Assembly: GCA_010093705.1 (NCBI GenBank)
Contig: MU006090.1
Coordinates: 806,001-830,826 of the forward strand
From: Patellaria atrata CBS 101060
Lineage: Eukaryota
Length of the DNA: 24,826 bases
Reading direction: 5' to 3'
The position numbers were made by a program, and so were the translations under genes. Below are positions 10,505 through 23,052 of this stretch, one piece after another. Under the pieces are notes generated by a model, which was given only the letters and a program-made list of their open reading frames with translations, did no database searches and was not told the DNA's origin. Positions within the stretch are counted from its first letter, which is position 1; the number at the start of each line of letters is the position of its first letter.

Positions 10505-11242
10505 ATGGATGATCGCCAACGGGAGAATGAATCCCATAAACACAACAAAAGGAAGTACGGGGTGCTATCAGAGGCCAACGTTGAACAACATAACGCAGTC
10601 CGCCAAAAGGTGTGTTAAAGAAAGACTTTTCTGAACTTGGCGAATAGATCAACTGATCGTATCATGTAGTTTGATACCAAATACGCAGAAGAAATGATAT
10701 CTTTAGAAAGAACGCACCAGTTTAATGAAAGCATGTTTAATGCGATGTACCATGCAAAAACAGACAAACTTTCCGGAAGCAAAATCAATTCGAATAGTCC
10801 TAGTCAACCTTTCGCCCAGTTTAGCAGCGACCTGAAGCTATACAGTCCCCCACAAGCTTCTAATAACACGCCCTTACAACGTCAGATGATAGTCAGTCCC
10901 ATGAATGAGCCTCTTCGTTGGCTTGCTCGTCGTGAGATGGACGATATGAACATAGAATATGGGAACATGGAGACTGCAGGCAAAAGAGCGCGTATAGCCG
11001 AGATAATTTCCTCGGACGCGAATGCATCGCACGACTTTGAACCTATGGACGGTCGATCGTCCTCGCCAATTCTGGGCCGACCCCAATCGTCTGAACTCCA
11101 GACCTCTTCAGGGGAGCTAGAAGTTGGTTCTGAGGTAGGAGATTCAGATGAACCCAGCGGATCTCTAAGGAGGGCAGGAGATGTTGTCCCGGGGAGTGTG
11201 CGAGTCACGAGAGCACAACGAAGGAGGCTCCGTAAGTCTTGA
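10505..11242 (+). CDS. Hypothetical protein, ~225 aa, 2 exons (10505-10609, 10670-11242); true 5' end uncertain
   Basis: Intron GTGTGT(10610)..CTGAT..TAG(10669) joins MDDRQRENESHKHNKRKYGVLSEANVEQHNAVRQK in frame to the 10694-11242 ORF. The C-terminus is Ser-rich and low-complexity and ends in a basic VTRAQRRRLRKS (NLS-like). Confidence 0.5.
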
Positions 11243-12461
11243 ATCGACAATTACAATGTGGTACTGAGGGTATTTTATGAAGAAGAAAAATTCAAGAAGT
11301 TAAGGTAAGTGGCAGGGCCATGGAGGTACAGGAGGATACGGATGTTTATGATGATGGTTCGTGATAGGTTCTAGCGGCGTATGGAAATTCATGGAAAATC
11401 TCCTTCGAGATTTGAATTTTCTGAAGGCTACAAAAGGGGTGTGGGACTGGTATGGAAAAGTTTTGATTAGACGTTAAATGAAATACCTTTTCTAATGAAA
11501 TAAGGGCCTGACTATGACTAAAACTGAAGACTGAAGACTGATGCCGATGGAAATAAGTGAGAGGGAAAGCCTGAGGCGTGGAAATGGGGAGCATCCGCGT
11601 CTAGCGGCTAAGGTAGAACTAGGTCTAGCACTACACTAAAGCCCCACTTGGGCGATTTACCTATTCCGTACGATGAGATTATACCACTACTGCAAAAGGC
11701 CGACCTCAATGCCGAGTTTGGCAGTAAGGTACGTGTACAGTCTTGTTTCAAAATGGCTGAAATTGGTTCTGTACTCTCCCGTCGTCCTCTGCCCACCACA
11801 TCATGATAAGCATTCTTGACATGATTTCTGGATCGAGGTTTTGGAACATAAGTAGGCATCGCTGAGAACATACTCACAATCGTTCGAGATGTGTGAGCCT
11901 TCCATTTCATTGACGCGTCGGCGGACGTGCCTTCCCCACATTGTCGTTGCTACTTCTGATCACCCATCACGGTAGTTACTGTTATTAATTGCTGTTCTCA
12001 CAAGTCACTTCTCTGGTAATGTAGATGAGTGTAAACGAAGTGGAAAGAAAGGCACGTACAGATTGCATGAGGTGGTTGAGCGCTCATTGCACCTCTTTCT
12101 TGGAAAGTCATCAGGGCGAACCCTTCAAATTCTACTTTATTTGTCTCATTCTCCCACTCCCACTTCATATTCTAATACCCAAGTCTGCCCACCTCTTTGA
12201 ACCTGTCTTATACTCTATCATACGCCTTCAAAATACCTTATTGTGTCTTCTTTCCCTTTATCCTATAGTTTCCTAATCCGAGAGTCAAGGGCAACAAAGT
12301 CCCTCGTATATCCACTGCTTGCAATCAAGGCAATTCGACAATAAGATATCGATCACCGACTAGAGTCTGCTGTAATCTTCAACTTGCCTGACTATCCTCT
12401 TACTTTCCCATTCCCTGTGATTGACTTTACAAGAACCGATTTCCCCAATTCATTTACCAAA

Positions 12462-14850
12462 ATGTCTTCACAAGAGTCGAAGCCCAAGCCGCCTAAAGCT
12501 CCCCAACGGACTACTACAATAGAGCATGATCCATTTTCAGCACCTTCGGTATACTATGGAGATTCTCACGGGAAGAACACTAGGAGCAGGACACTGTCTA
12601 CCTTCCTAGATGCTGGAGCTCGCAGTGGAATCTTTAGTAGTCACACCCAGCAAGGTCGCAGGACAAGCCACGGTTCGTAGATTTACCTTACTAGGTTGGT
12701 ACCACCCTTAGAACTAACTCATCTTCCTCTACCAGATGAGCAATCATTTCAGCCCCGAAAGTTTATGATCGACGTCGAATCTACGATGAAGACACTTCTC
12801 TCCCGAGAAGACACCGATGAAAATATACAAATTACAGTCGATGACAAGGGACCAAAGGTTCGCAAAGTTGACCCATCTTAATTGACGTATACTGATGGGT
12901 ATTCCAGTTTCTACCTGTTCGTACTGCCGCATCGGGCGGTTACAGGCGTCATGACATTCGGGGGACTTACGCATTATCCAGCCTTCTTCAAGAGCTCACT
13001 TTAGCTCAAGACAATGGCCGTAAGCAGATACTACTTGACGAAGCCCGTCTCCAGGAGAATCCGGTAAATCGACTTGAACGTTTCATTAGGGATTCCTTCT
13101 GGGATAATCTTACACGTCGCATTGATGGGTCCAATATTGCCAAAGTCGCACGAGACCCTAAAGACTGGACGGACGATCCACGGCCCCGCGTCTATGTCCC
13201 AAAGGGCGCCCCCGAACAGTATGAATACTATAACAGGATTGCCCAGGAACATCCGGATATTCGTCTAGACGTTCAATGGCTCCGGGAAGACTGCGGAGAT
13301 CCAGAGTACGTAAGAGACCTAAACAATGCACCCGGTCTCCTCGCTGTCGCAATGGAAGAGGTGATAGACCCGAAAACTGGGAAGAAAGATCTCCGTGGCA
13401 TGCCGTTTGTTGTTCCAGGCGGTAGGTTCAACGAGCTTTACGGTTGGGACAGCTACATGGAATCACTCGGGCTTCTCATTAATGACCGTGTGGATCTCGT
13501 TAAGTCAATGGTTATCAACTTCTGCTTCTGCATCAAGCATTATGGGAAGATTCTAAACGCCAACCGTACTTATTACCTTGGAAGGTCGCAGCCTCCTTTC
13601 CTCACTGACATGGCTCTCCGTGTCTACGACAGGATAAAGGATCAGCCAGACTCTTTGGAGTTCCTCCGTAATGCTATCCTAGCTGCAATCAAAGAATATT
13701 ATACAGTGTGGATGAGCGAACCCAGAAAAGATCCGATTACCAAACTCTCTCGATATCGACCAAGCGGTATCGGTGTCCCTCCAGAGACAGAGTCGACGCA
13801 CTTCACTCATGTCCTTGAGCCTTACGCTGAAAAGAATAACATGACTTTCGAGGAATTCGTCGATGCGTACAATAATGGTAGAGTGAAAGAACCCGAGCTA
13901 GACGAATACTTCTTGCATGATCGTGCTGTTCGAGAATCCGGTCACGACACGTCGTACCGTCTGGAACGCGTTGCTGCTAACCTGGCCACAGTCGATCTTA
14001 ACTCACTCCTGTTGAAGTATGAAATCGATATTGCTCGCACTATCCGGAAGCATTTCAAGGATAAGCTCTCCATCCCGGCGGAGTTCTGCGGCAAAGGAAT
14101 GGTTCCAGGCTACATTGAAACTTCGTCAAAATGGGATAGACGTGCTAAGGCCCGTCAAATGCTGATGGACAAGTACATGTGGAATGAAGAGCAAGGAATG
14201 TACTTTGATTATGATACGGTCAAACAAGAACAAACCGACTACGAGAGTGCCACGACATTTTGGCCGATGTGGGCAGGCGGTGCTACTCCTGCACAAGCTG
14301 CCGCATTGGTGACCAAAGCCATCCCAAAGCTCGAAGAATTCGGTGGTCTCGCTTCCGGAACGGAAAAGTCTCGCGGCGAGGTTGGTATCCATCGTCCGAA
14401 TCGCCAATGGGATTACCCCTTTGGATGGGCACCGCAACAGATGCTCGCGTGGGTCGGTCTTCAACGCTACGGATACGAAGGAGAGGCTCAACGCCTAGCA
14501 TACAAGTGGTGTTATATGGTCATTAAGGCCTTTGTTGACTTCAATGGTGTTGTAGTCGAGAAGTATGATGTTACTAGGCCGCATGATCCCCACAAGGTTG
14601 AAGCTGAATACGGGAATCAAGGTGGTGACATCAAAGGGGTCCCTCGTGAAGGGTAAGTGGATATCCTAAACGCCTTACTTGAGTTCGAATCTGACAGTTT
14701 TGCAGCTTCGGTTGGGTGAATGCTAGTTACATCTACGGCTTACAGCTCCTTAATGCGCACATGAGGCGTGCTCTAGGAACTATCACGCCTTATGATACAT
14801 TTGCTAAAGCTACAGAGGAGGCAGCTGAGCAAGAGGCCCTACTCTTATGA
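12462..14850 (+). CDS. NTH1: Neutral trehalase (GH37), ~740 aa, 4 exons: 12462-12672, 12736-12857, 12908-14652, 14706-14850
   Basis: Family motifs [38 protein letters not shown] and [11 protein letters not shown]-terminal PKA-type sites RSRTLS and RRTS; Ca-binding loop [12 protein letters not shown]. Exon phases are consistent. Confidence 0.97.
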
Positions 14851-15353
14851 GTAAATTGCTGTTGAACTGGATGCCACAACATGATAAGATGTCCGGCAAC
14901 TGAGATCAGGCGTAAGTATGCGGCCGGAGTACAGTACCTTCCCTTGTTTATCTCTAGCACTATGGAAGCATATGTCATCTCTTTACTTTCAGGAGTTCAT
15001 GTCACGAGCGGCAATCGGTGCGGTAATGGTATTGAAAAGGGTGGCTTATGAAAGGATAGACAGTGCCAAAAACGGGATTCTTAGAACGGTATGAGAGTTG
15101 TTCTTGATCATTCTTATAGTTATAGCATAGCGGTAGTGTCTAAATCTTTGCATGAATCAATTTACCTCTTTTGCAATATGGTACTACCCTAGTTAAGCGT
15201 TGATATTGAAGAGAAAAATTGAAGGTCAAGATGAGATGTGTAGTGGAACTTGATGGAAAGGCGGTCTCTATTTTCGGTATAGTGCTCGGCTGATTAACAA
15301 ACCGCAGCCAGCGTTGTCACCAAAAACACCGCCTGCTTGCTCCGAGTCACAGG

Positions 15354-15361
15354 TATATATA
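15354..15361 (+). promoter_or_regulatory. TATA-box-like element upstream of MBF1
   Basis: TATATATA about 150 bp before the ATG, followed by a CT-rich tract typical of fungal core promoters. Confidence 0.5.
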
Positions 15362-15510
15362 TCTTTCCTACCCCAGAAACTCTTTCTCTCCATCATTATT
15401 CCTGAGCAACAACTTCCCCACAACCACTAAATCATACACCCAGTCTCTCCGAACATCCCGCCATCTCAACTTCTTTAATCAGGTTACAACAAAGCGCCGC
15501 TTAATACATC

Positions 15511-16124
15511 ATGTCGGACGACTGGGATACCGTCACCAAAATCGGCAGCCGGGTTCGCACTGGTGGCGCCGCACCGCGAGAGACCGTCATCCGGGGCAAA
15601 AGTGCCCTGAACGCTGCTCAGAGGAGCGGTGCTGTCCTCGCAACAGAGAAGAAGTTTGCCTCAAGCAACTCGGTGAGTTTCCGTTGCCACCCCGCTCCAA
15701 TTCCCAAGGGCGAACAGTGCTCGGGTTCCTAGGTCCGAGTCCACACCCGAAGAGCGTCATCCAGCTATCCAGCATCATTGAGAACACCACTAACATCATT
15801 GTGTAGAGAGGTGCTGTCGAGGGCCAACATCTGACTAAAGTCGACCGCTCAGACGATATCGTGAAGCCTAAGACCGTCGGCATCAAAGTCGGCGAGGCGA
15901 TTAAGAAAGCCCGCGGTGAGGCGAAGAACGATAAGGGTACCACCATGACGCAGAAGGACCTCGCTACCAAGTGTAACACGACACCGACCATCGTCGCGGA
16001 CTTCGAGCGTGGTACGGCGGCGCCGGATCAGAAGCTCCTCAGCACCATGGAGAGGGTGCTGAATGTTATTTTGAGGGGCGATAAGATGGGCGAGCCCAAG
16101 TTTCCGAACAAGAAGAAGACGTAG
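15511..16124 (+). CDS. MBF1: Multiprotein bridging factor 1, ~159 aa, 2 exons: 15511-15672, 15807-16124
   Basis: [13 protein letters not shown]-terminus, [17 protein letters not shown] and the HTH region [27 protein letters not shown]; intron GTGAGT..CTAAC..TAG. Confidence 0.96.
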
Positions 16125-16670
16125 AGATGGTGAGATCTCTTCTCGTCCCAGAAGACTTGCCGCCTTCGAGGAGATCTCTGGCGATCAAGGCTGGCGGGTG
16201 TGATAGATGAAGACTTGAAATTGGTGCTTAGATATGCTTAGACAAGCGGGGCGTTTGGAGAGATTGAACAGCACCAAACTGGGCTCTTTCCTGGGTTGTC
16301 TGCCTGGATTCTGGGCTTTATAAACAGTATTACTGATGAATGAATGGTTATGATGGGATACTTGCGTGTCATTAGAATCATGTGAATGACCTCTATATCA
16401 AAGTAAACGGTCTTAAATTCATACTATATTCCACATATTCACAATTGCACTCGATGGAATATTTGGTTCGGACTGAAACCGCTTCAAATACCTACCCAAG
16501 CAAATCTTTTGACCTGCGAATCCTGATATAATTTTACATATGAGTGTACCTAATATCGAGCACCAATATAACGAACTCCCTCACGAATAATGCTCCCCAT
16601 TCCCCGTTAGATCCCAATTCTTCCTTCCCACCACACCACTCCACCTTCCCTCAATTTCCCCTTCCCCTCA

Positions 16671-17608
16671 TCATTGAGCCAACACCTTCTTAGCCCCATC
16701 TACTATCCTCTCAACCTCCTTATTCCCCCTCTTCACAACCTCCTCCATCATCTTCTGCGCCTTCTGCAAATCGTCCGGCCGGACCTTCCTCTCGGCAAAC
16801 ATCCTCCGCAACCTCTTCTGATGCACAGACCGTGCATCCCGGATCGCGCGATTCGCGCTCTCCGCCGTTTTAGCCGCCTTGTCGAGAGCCGCCTGGCGGG
16901 ACTCGCCTGTCGGCGGGGGGATGGGGACGGTAAGTGTTAGTGGGTCCGAAGAGGTGGCGGGGGAGGAGGAAGAGGACGGCATCTGAGGAACGAGAGAGTA
17001 TTGGGATGAGGCTATAGCCGTAGAAACGGGTTTGAGGTGCTCCTTTTCCCCGACCACGACGTTCAACACCCGTCCTTTTGGAATCACTTGTGCCAGATCC
17101 ATCAGTTTGATCAGTTCTTTGCCGCTGTTGTTGTTTGCGCTGGGGATCGAGACGCGCAGGTTCTCGACGAGGGTGGGGTTGAAGCGGCCGCCGCTGCGGA
17201 GCTCGGAGAGGTCGTGGGTTAGCTTTTCTATCGCTTTGAGGATCGAGGATTCGAGGGGGGAGAGGTCGAAAGCGTCGTCTGTTGGGGTTGGGTTGGCGTC
17301 GGCGGGGACGGGAGGGGTGGAGTCGGTCGCTGCGTAGGAGCGGTTGACTTTGCCTGCTTTCTTCTGGTGGAGGGGAGTTGTGGTGAAGGTGCGGGAGGGG
17401 GAGGGTTGGAGACAGGGGAGAAGGAACGGTGGTGGGAGGGATTGAGGACTGTACGATAGGCCGTTAGTGTACATATACAGAGTAGGTTTGAGTGAGCCTT
17501 GCGGGCTATATTGTACCTCGAATTGAGCGCGGGATAGCTGGTTGGAGCTCTTGGTCGAGCTTGAGCTGCAATTGCGGCCCATCTGGGAAGCACGGTTGCT
17601 CGAGACAT
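16671..17608 (-). CDS. RRF1: Mitochondrial ribosome recycling factor, ~289 aa, 2 exons: 17608-17517, 17448-16671
   Basis: RRF-like segments LSELRSGGRFNP, LMDLAQV, VPIPPPTGESR and AIRDARS..QK. The Arg/Ala/Ser-rich, acid-free N-terminus (MSRATVLPRWAAIAAQARPRAP) resembles a mitochondrial presequence. Intron GTACAA..ACTAAC..CAG (68 nt). Confidence 0.88.
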
Positions 17609-17988
17609 GGCTAAGGTAGATATCACTCCTCGTGTTATAATTCCAAATGAATTCCTGGTATATGGGGTGTTCAATGATTGTAACTAGTACAGACCGTACA
17701 GATCGTACAGTAAACAGAACGAATGCTGTGACGAACTGACGATGCCCTAAAAATGCCTGAGCGCCTTGAAAGCTGCCTTGACGCTTGTCCTGATCGGGAG
17801 ATCCCAGCCTGCCAATGAGGTTCCAGATGAGATGCGGGTATGGTGGCTGAGCAACTTCACGTCGCATCAAGCTTCGGACAGCTCGCATTTGAGTCTTGGT
17901 ATTGCGATGTAATTTCAGACGGTAAGGTATATATTGAAAGCATCTCTGCCTTTGCTACTATTGATGGGGATGAAAGTAGGTGGCAACG
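17609..17988. promoter_or_regulatory. Putative 380-bp bidirectional promoter between RRF1 and the hypothetical gene
   Basis: Head-to-head ATGs at 17608 (-) and 17989 (+); contains a GTACAGAYC tandem repeat at 17687-17710. Confidence 0.5.
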
Positions 17989-19701
17989 ATGGAATCAAGA
18001 GCTGATGCTCAAATAGCGCCTCCTGTGGGGGAACTACAATTTACAAATGAACAAAAGGTACATCACTAGTTATGGAACCGAGTTCAAAGCCATTAAAGCT
18101 TACATTAATGCTGACTATACTCCAAGCTTGATCACGTAGATACACGTCCAACTATCGCATCCATACCATCTCCGGATCATGATGAGTCTACGGCTTCTGT
18201 GGACAGCCATGACAAAAAGGGGCACTATCCCAGTCATGATAGATCGACGTTCCACGTCTATCATAAACACACTTGTCACTATCATCTCACTCAAATTCCC
18301 AATCCGTACTATGAGAAGTCATTCCATCGCATGAAAGAAATTAGACAACATACCAGGGAAGCCAAAGCAAAGAAGAAGGCCAGAAAAGAGGAACTTGCCC
18401 ATCAACCTACGTATACGTATACACCTGAGCCAGTTGATCCAGAAGGCCGAACAGTCAACTATTTTTTCCATAAACCTTACCTCTCCTTTCATAGGCCGCC
18501 GCGAACTTTGAGAAGAGGCGATTGGAAACATGGGGTACCAACATGCCTGGTCCGAAGTCGTTGGTTCTGGAATAGGTATACTCTTCAATTTGGCGATGAT
18601 ATAGCTACTCCAGGAGTTCTGGATCGTCGAGGTGTCGTGCATGAAGACCGTGGATGGGTCAAAGGGAGAGGTCCGAAAGGCCAACATCATGAGCTTCGCG
18701 GATATGGTGTTCGTACTTGGAGGTTATGGGGCGAGTCGGGACGGAACCACCATCGAGAAGTGAATAAGAAGCGGAAGGAGCTAATGGTCAGGTCCAAATC
18801 AGATTTAACCCGGACATCTTCTGTCATCAAATCACAGGATTTGGTAACGAAATCGTCCAATGGAGGCGAAACGATTGATCCTCATAACAAAAGTTTCGTC
18901 CAGGATGGTCTTACGTACAGGGTGGACTCGATATCTTCGGAAAGTACAACGGAGCTTCCTGTACCTCTACCAGCCCTCGGTCGTTCCCCTACGATTGCGG
19001 AAGAGGTAGTGTATCTGAAATGGAGCTTCCCTTTCAGCAAATGTCCGCGTTTATATCACTTTCACTACGGCGGTATTGATTTCTACTGGAAGGGGACTGG
19101 CACTTGGAAAAAGCATGGTTTTTGGGGGATGTGGCTTCGTTACAATAATCTCAAACTCGTTGCTTCCTTGCCGTACGATTGTACCCATACTCCAGAGGAC
19201 ACTGCTTCCCCTTGCGAAAAGTGTGAGACGGGAAAGTACGAGTTGGAGAAGGTAACGACTGGGTCCATTCCGAGGAAGAAAACGTCTTTGATCTCGGGAG
19301 AACTTGAAGTGGATCTGAGGAGGGAGGTCGTACTTGCGAGATACGAGTCAAGTATTATCGAAAAGAAGGCTGGAAGCTTGGAAATCTTCGACAAAGCAAT
19401 GGCTAGATTCGCACGAGAGTATCTCCCATCCAACGGTAGAGATAGGAGGACGTTGGAGACTCATGCTAGTGATTTCTCTCGCTACGAGGAGGATAAATCA
19501 GAGGTCAACCGTGAAGCTAACGGAGAGATTGGGGAGGCACCAGAGACATCATTTGATTACATGGCTGTGCGTCGCACACGATTCTACGAAGTCGTTCTAT
19601 CAACAGCGATGTGTATGATCAATTCTGAGTGGCAGAAGCGAGAGACGATCAAAGAGATCCTGAAGGAACTCGTCGACGGGGCCGGAGGTGGAGGAGGGTG
19701 A
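17989..19701 (+). CDS. Fungal hypothetical protein, ~547 aa, 2 exons: 17989-18057, 18127-19701
   Basis: 500-codon open frame with protein-like aromatic/beta-rich blocks (LYHFHYGGIDFYWKGTG, KKAGSLEIFD, VVLSTAMCMINSEWQKRE). The upstream ATG exon joins in frame through GTACAT..GCTGAC..AAG. Confidence 0.8.
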
Positions 19702-20473
19702 TAGGGTGATATGAAGTGTGAAAAGGGGCTTTCTTTACTCTACTGTACCACTGAATGTTTTGAGATACCAATTTGATATTCAAGTTTATGGATTACCTCT
19801 TTCGTATTTTCTTGCTCAGTAAAGTGCGAATAGCTTTGATGTGCAGAGAGGGGTCATTCTTCATGAATACGTTTTTATGATCGGAGGCTTCGGGAACACA
19901 GACCTATCCCGTCAGCGAAACCTGGTGCACACTGTGCTCCAGGGTACGGGTCTCGGGGTGATTCCGATTCAATGCCTACGGAGCCGCTTTGAGCCTTTTT
20001 GATGCCGCGCAAATTTCCATTGCCAGGCTCTTGGACCTTGCTCTAGCCTACAAAGTAGATTGTGAGGTGCCAGCTTGCCCGCCCAGCCTCCCAAACGAGA
20101 GATCATCAGCATTACGACTCCTCCATCGCAGCGGCGGAGCACCTCAATCAATCACTACGACCGTTCAATATCTAACGTGGCCACGTCAACTGCTCATAAG
20201 TCACCGGAACTTCATCACTAACATACGCAGGCTTTTATTCCGGTAGAGACTATCATTGAGAAAGGCCCCGCGCATGTTCTTTGCTCTTTACCTTCCGGGA
20301 ATCTAACGAGGACGTTGCATCACCGCCGCTTCAACTACTACACAATTACCGGTCACCTTTCTCAGAGCTATATCAAGCTTCATACGACTCTATAACATTC
20401 CCAAAGGAATACGAGTATTAGCGCATAGCAGGTCTTGATTGCGCAAACTAATCATACCCCACAAACCGTCGCC

Positions 20474-22381
20474 ATGTCGAAGGTTGTCAGAAGCGTGAAG
20501 AACGTTACAAAGGGCTATTCCTCAGTGGAGGTAAAAGTTCGAAATGGTCCGCAATGCTGTACCCCTTCTTAGCCTCTTCTTTGTGAGTATACTGACATCT
20601 TACAGCTACTAGCAATGATCCGTGGGGTCCCGTTGGGTCTGACATGGCAGAGATTGCCCAAATGACGTTCAACAAGTGAGCGCCGAAGCTATCCTTCCCT
20701 CACAGTTGGATCTCACTGACAGAGATAGCTCGACGGACTTTTACCAGATTATGGACATGCTGGATAAGCGGTTGAATGATAAGGGCAAGAATTGGCGCCA
20801 TGTGCTCAAGTCGTTGAAGGTGCTGGATTACTGTCTCCATGAGGGTTCAGAGCTGGTCGTTACTTGGGCACGGAAAAACATTTTCATCATCAAGACTTTG
20901 CGAGAGTTTCAACACATCGACGAGGATGGAAAAGACGTTGGTCAGAATGGTGAGTACTTTCAGATACCCTCTGATACATGCTCAAGGCTGATGAAATGAC
21001 TGTAGTGCGAGTCTCTGCTAAAGAACTAACTGCTCTGATCTTGGACGAAGAGCGACTCCGCGCTGAACGTCAGAATCGTAACTCATGGAAATCGAGGGTG
21101 ACTGGAATCGAGGAGTTTGGACCTGCAGGGAGTGACAACCCCCGACCCCCAAGACAGCGAGAACGCCAACCCAGGCCAAGACGTGATGATGAAGACGATT
21201 TAGAGTATAGGTTAGCAATTGAAGCGAGTAAGCACGAAGCAGAGGAAGATGCAAAGCGACGTCAATCGAATGCGCCACGTGGAGATGAGGACGAGGATCT
21301 GGAAAAGGCCATCAAGCTCAGTAAAGAGGAGGAAGAGTTGCGACGGAAGCAATTAGAAGAATCCAATGCAAACTCCCTCTTTGATGATACTCCTGGACCT
21401 GCCACATCCCAGCCAACAGGCTTCAATCAGGGTTATCAACAACAAGGCGCAGTAGATTGGTTTGGTAACCCGGTTGTAGATCCTCAGCAATCTCAGAATA
21501 CTGGATTTATCAATAATGCATACTCTCAACCAACCGGAATGCAAGGCCAACAGACTGGTTTCCAAAACGGTTTCGGATACGGTGGATTCCAACAACAGCA
21601 GCAACCTACTGATTTCGATCCTTTCGGACAACAACAGCAACAGGGAAATTTCCTACAACCACAACAGACGAGTTTCAACGCACAGTCGAACAACCCATTC
21701 GGGCTCCAACAACAAAACGGCTTCGGCGACGTCTTCGGTCAACAACAGCAGCAGCAACCTATTCAACAGCAAGACACCATCCAACCCGGTACCCACAACC
21801 CTTGGGCTTCACCCGCCCCGCAAACCGACTCCCTCAAACCTATGCCTACAGGTTCCAACAACCCCTTCGCATCCTCTTTCGCCAGACCCGCCAGCGCGCA
21901 ACCACAACTTCAAGCCCAGCGCCAACCAACTCTAGGCGCATTACAGGAACAGAAAACAATGACTCAGTTCAACAACCAGAACTTCAACCCACCGGTCTCC
22001 TTCTCCGCTCAACAGCAACAGCAGCAAGCAGCTAGTCCACAAAACCCTCATCATGCCCGTTTGAACCAGCTACTTGCATCGGGTGAAGGACAGGACACTT
22101 TCGGTAATACCGGAGAACTACGTATTCCCGCTCAACACACTGCACCGGGAACTTTTGTCAATTCAGCTGGTGCAGGATTGAACAGGCTCAATGCGTCACA
22201 GACCGGGAACAACCCATTCCTCAATAGCCAGATCACAGGATTACCACAGCAGAACAGGATTATGCCAGCCCAAACGGGACCGGCTGCGAGTTTCGGCAAT
22301 CCGTATGCGCCCAATCCCTTTGGACAACAGCAGGGCCAACAGCAGCAGCAATCTCAGGGTGGCAGCCTGATAGATTTGTGA
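20474..22381 (+). CDS. ENT1: Epsin (Ent1/Ent2 orthologue), ~579 aa, 4 exons: 20474-20546, 20606-20675, 20729-20949, 21006-22381
   Basis: ENTH domain (KVRNATSNDPWGP, KNWRHVLKSLKVLDYCL), two UIM-like segments (LEYRLAIEASK, DLEKAIKLSKEE), several NPF motifs, QxTG-type repeats and a terminal clathrin box LIDL*. Confidence 0.96.
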
Positions 22382-23052
22382 GGTGTCAAATCGTGTTTGA
22401 TAATGTTATGGTTCAGGACATGTCAGAACGAGAAACGGGTGAATATGGTTATTGAATGGTTGTTAGGTTTACACTGTTTTCCCCTTGCAGAGGTTATGGA
22501 GTTTAGCATGATAAGCTCGGACGGCTTTGGAAGTGATAGGGATCATTTATATTCTTTACTTTCCTTTTTTTTTTCCGAATAAATTCGAGTGTGAGGGGAA
22601 GATTCTCCAATTTCAATGTGAATATACAGAACCCCTTTTCCCTATTAAGAATTCTTTTCGGGATTTCTGTGCTACCTTCGTATATTTCAACACTACAGGA
22701 AAAGAAGCATAGTCTTACATCACTAGCCGAGCAACGTCAGGATAGATTTTCTGCGGATTCAGCATAGCTGAGTTATCGGTATGAAATTATACAGTCGGTC
22801 GATGATGGCATCCAAGTCTTTTCACATGATTGAAGTGGGATGACAAGTAAAGTTTGCCTCGTCGACAAAAATTTCTTGGCACATGGAAAATTACTTTTTT
22901 CCGCGTAGGGTAGAGCTCCAAACGCGATTTTTGGTGATAGAATTAGATATTCACCACAAAATACAATTTTCACCATATCAACCCTACTTTTGAACCTGAA
23001 TTACCCTCTCCCTAACCTTTTTTAATTATCATAACCTGAACGTCTTTCCAAA

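Noticed and set aside
21400..22360. CAA/CAG-rich repeats and QxTG/NPF repeats
   Set aside because: Expected features of fungal epsins, not a separate repeat system
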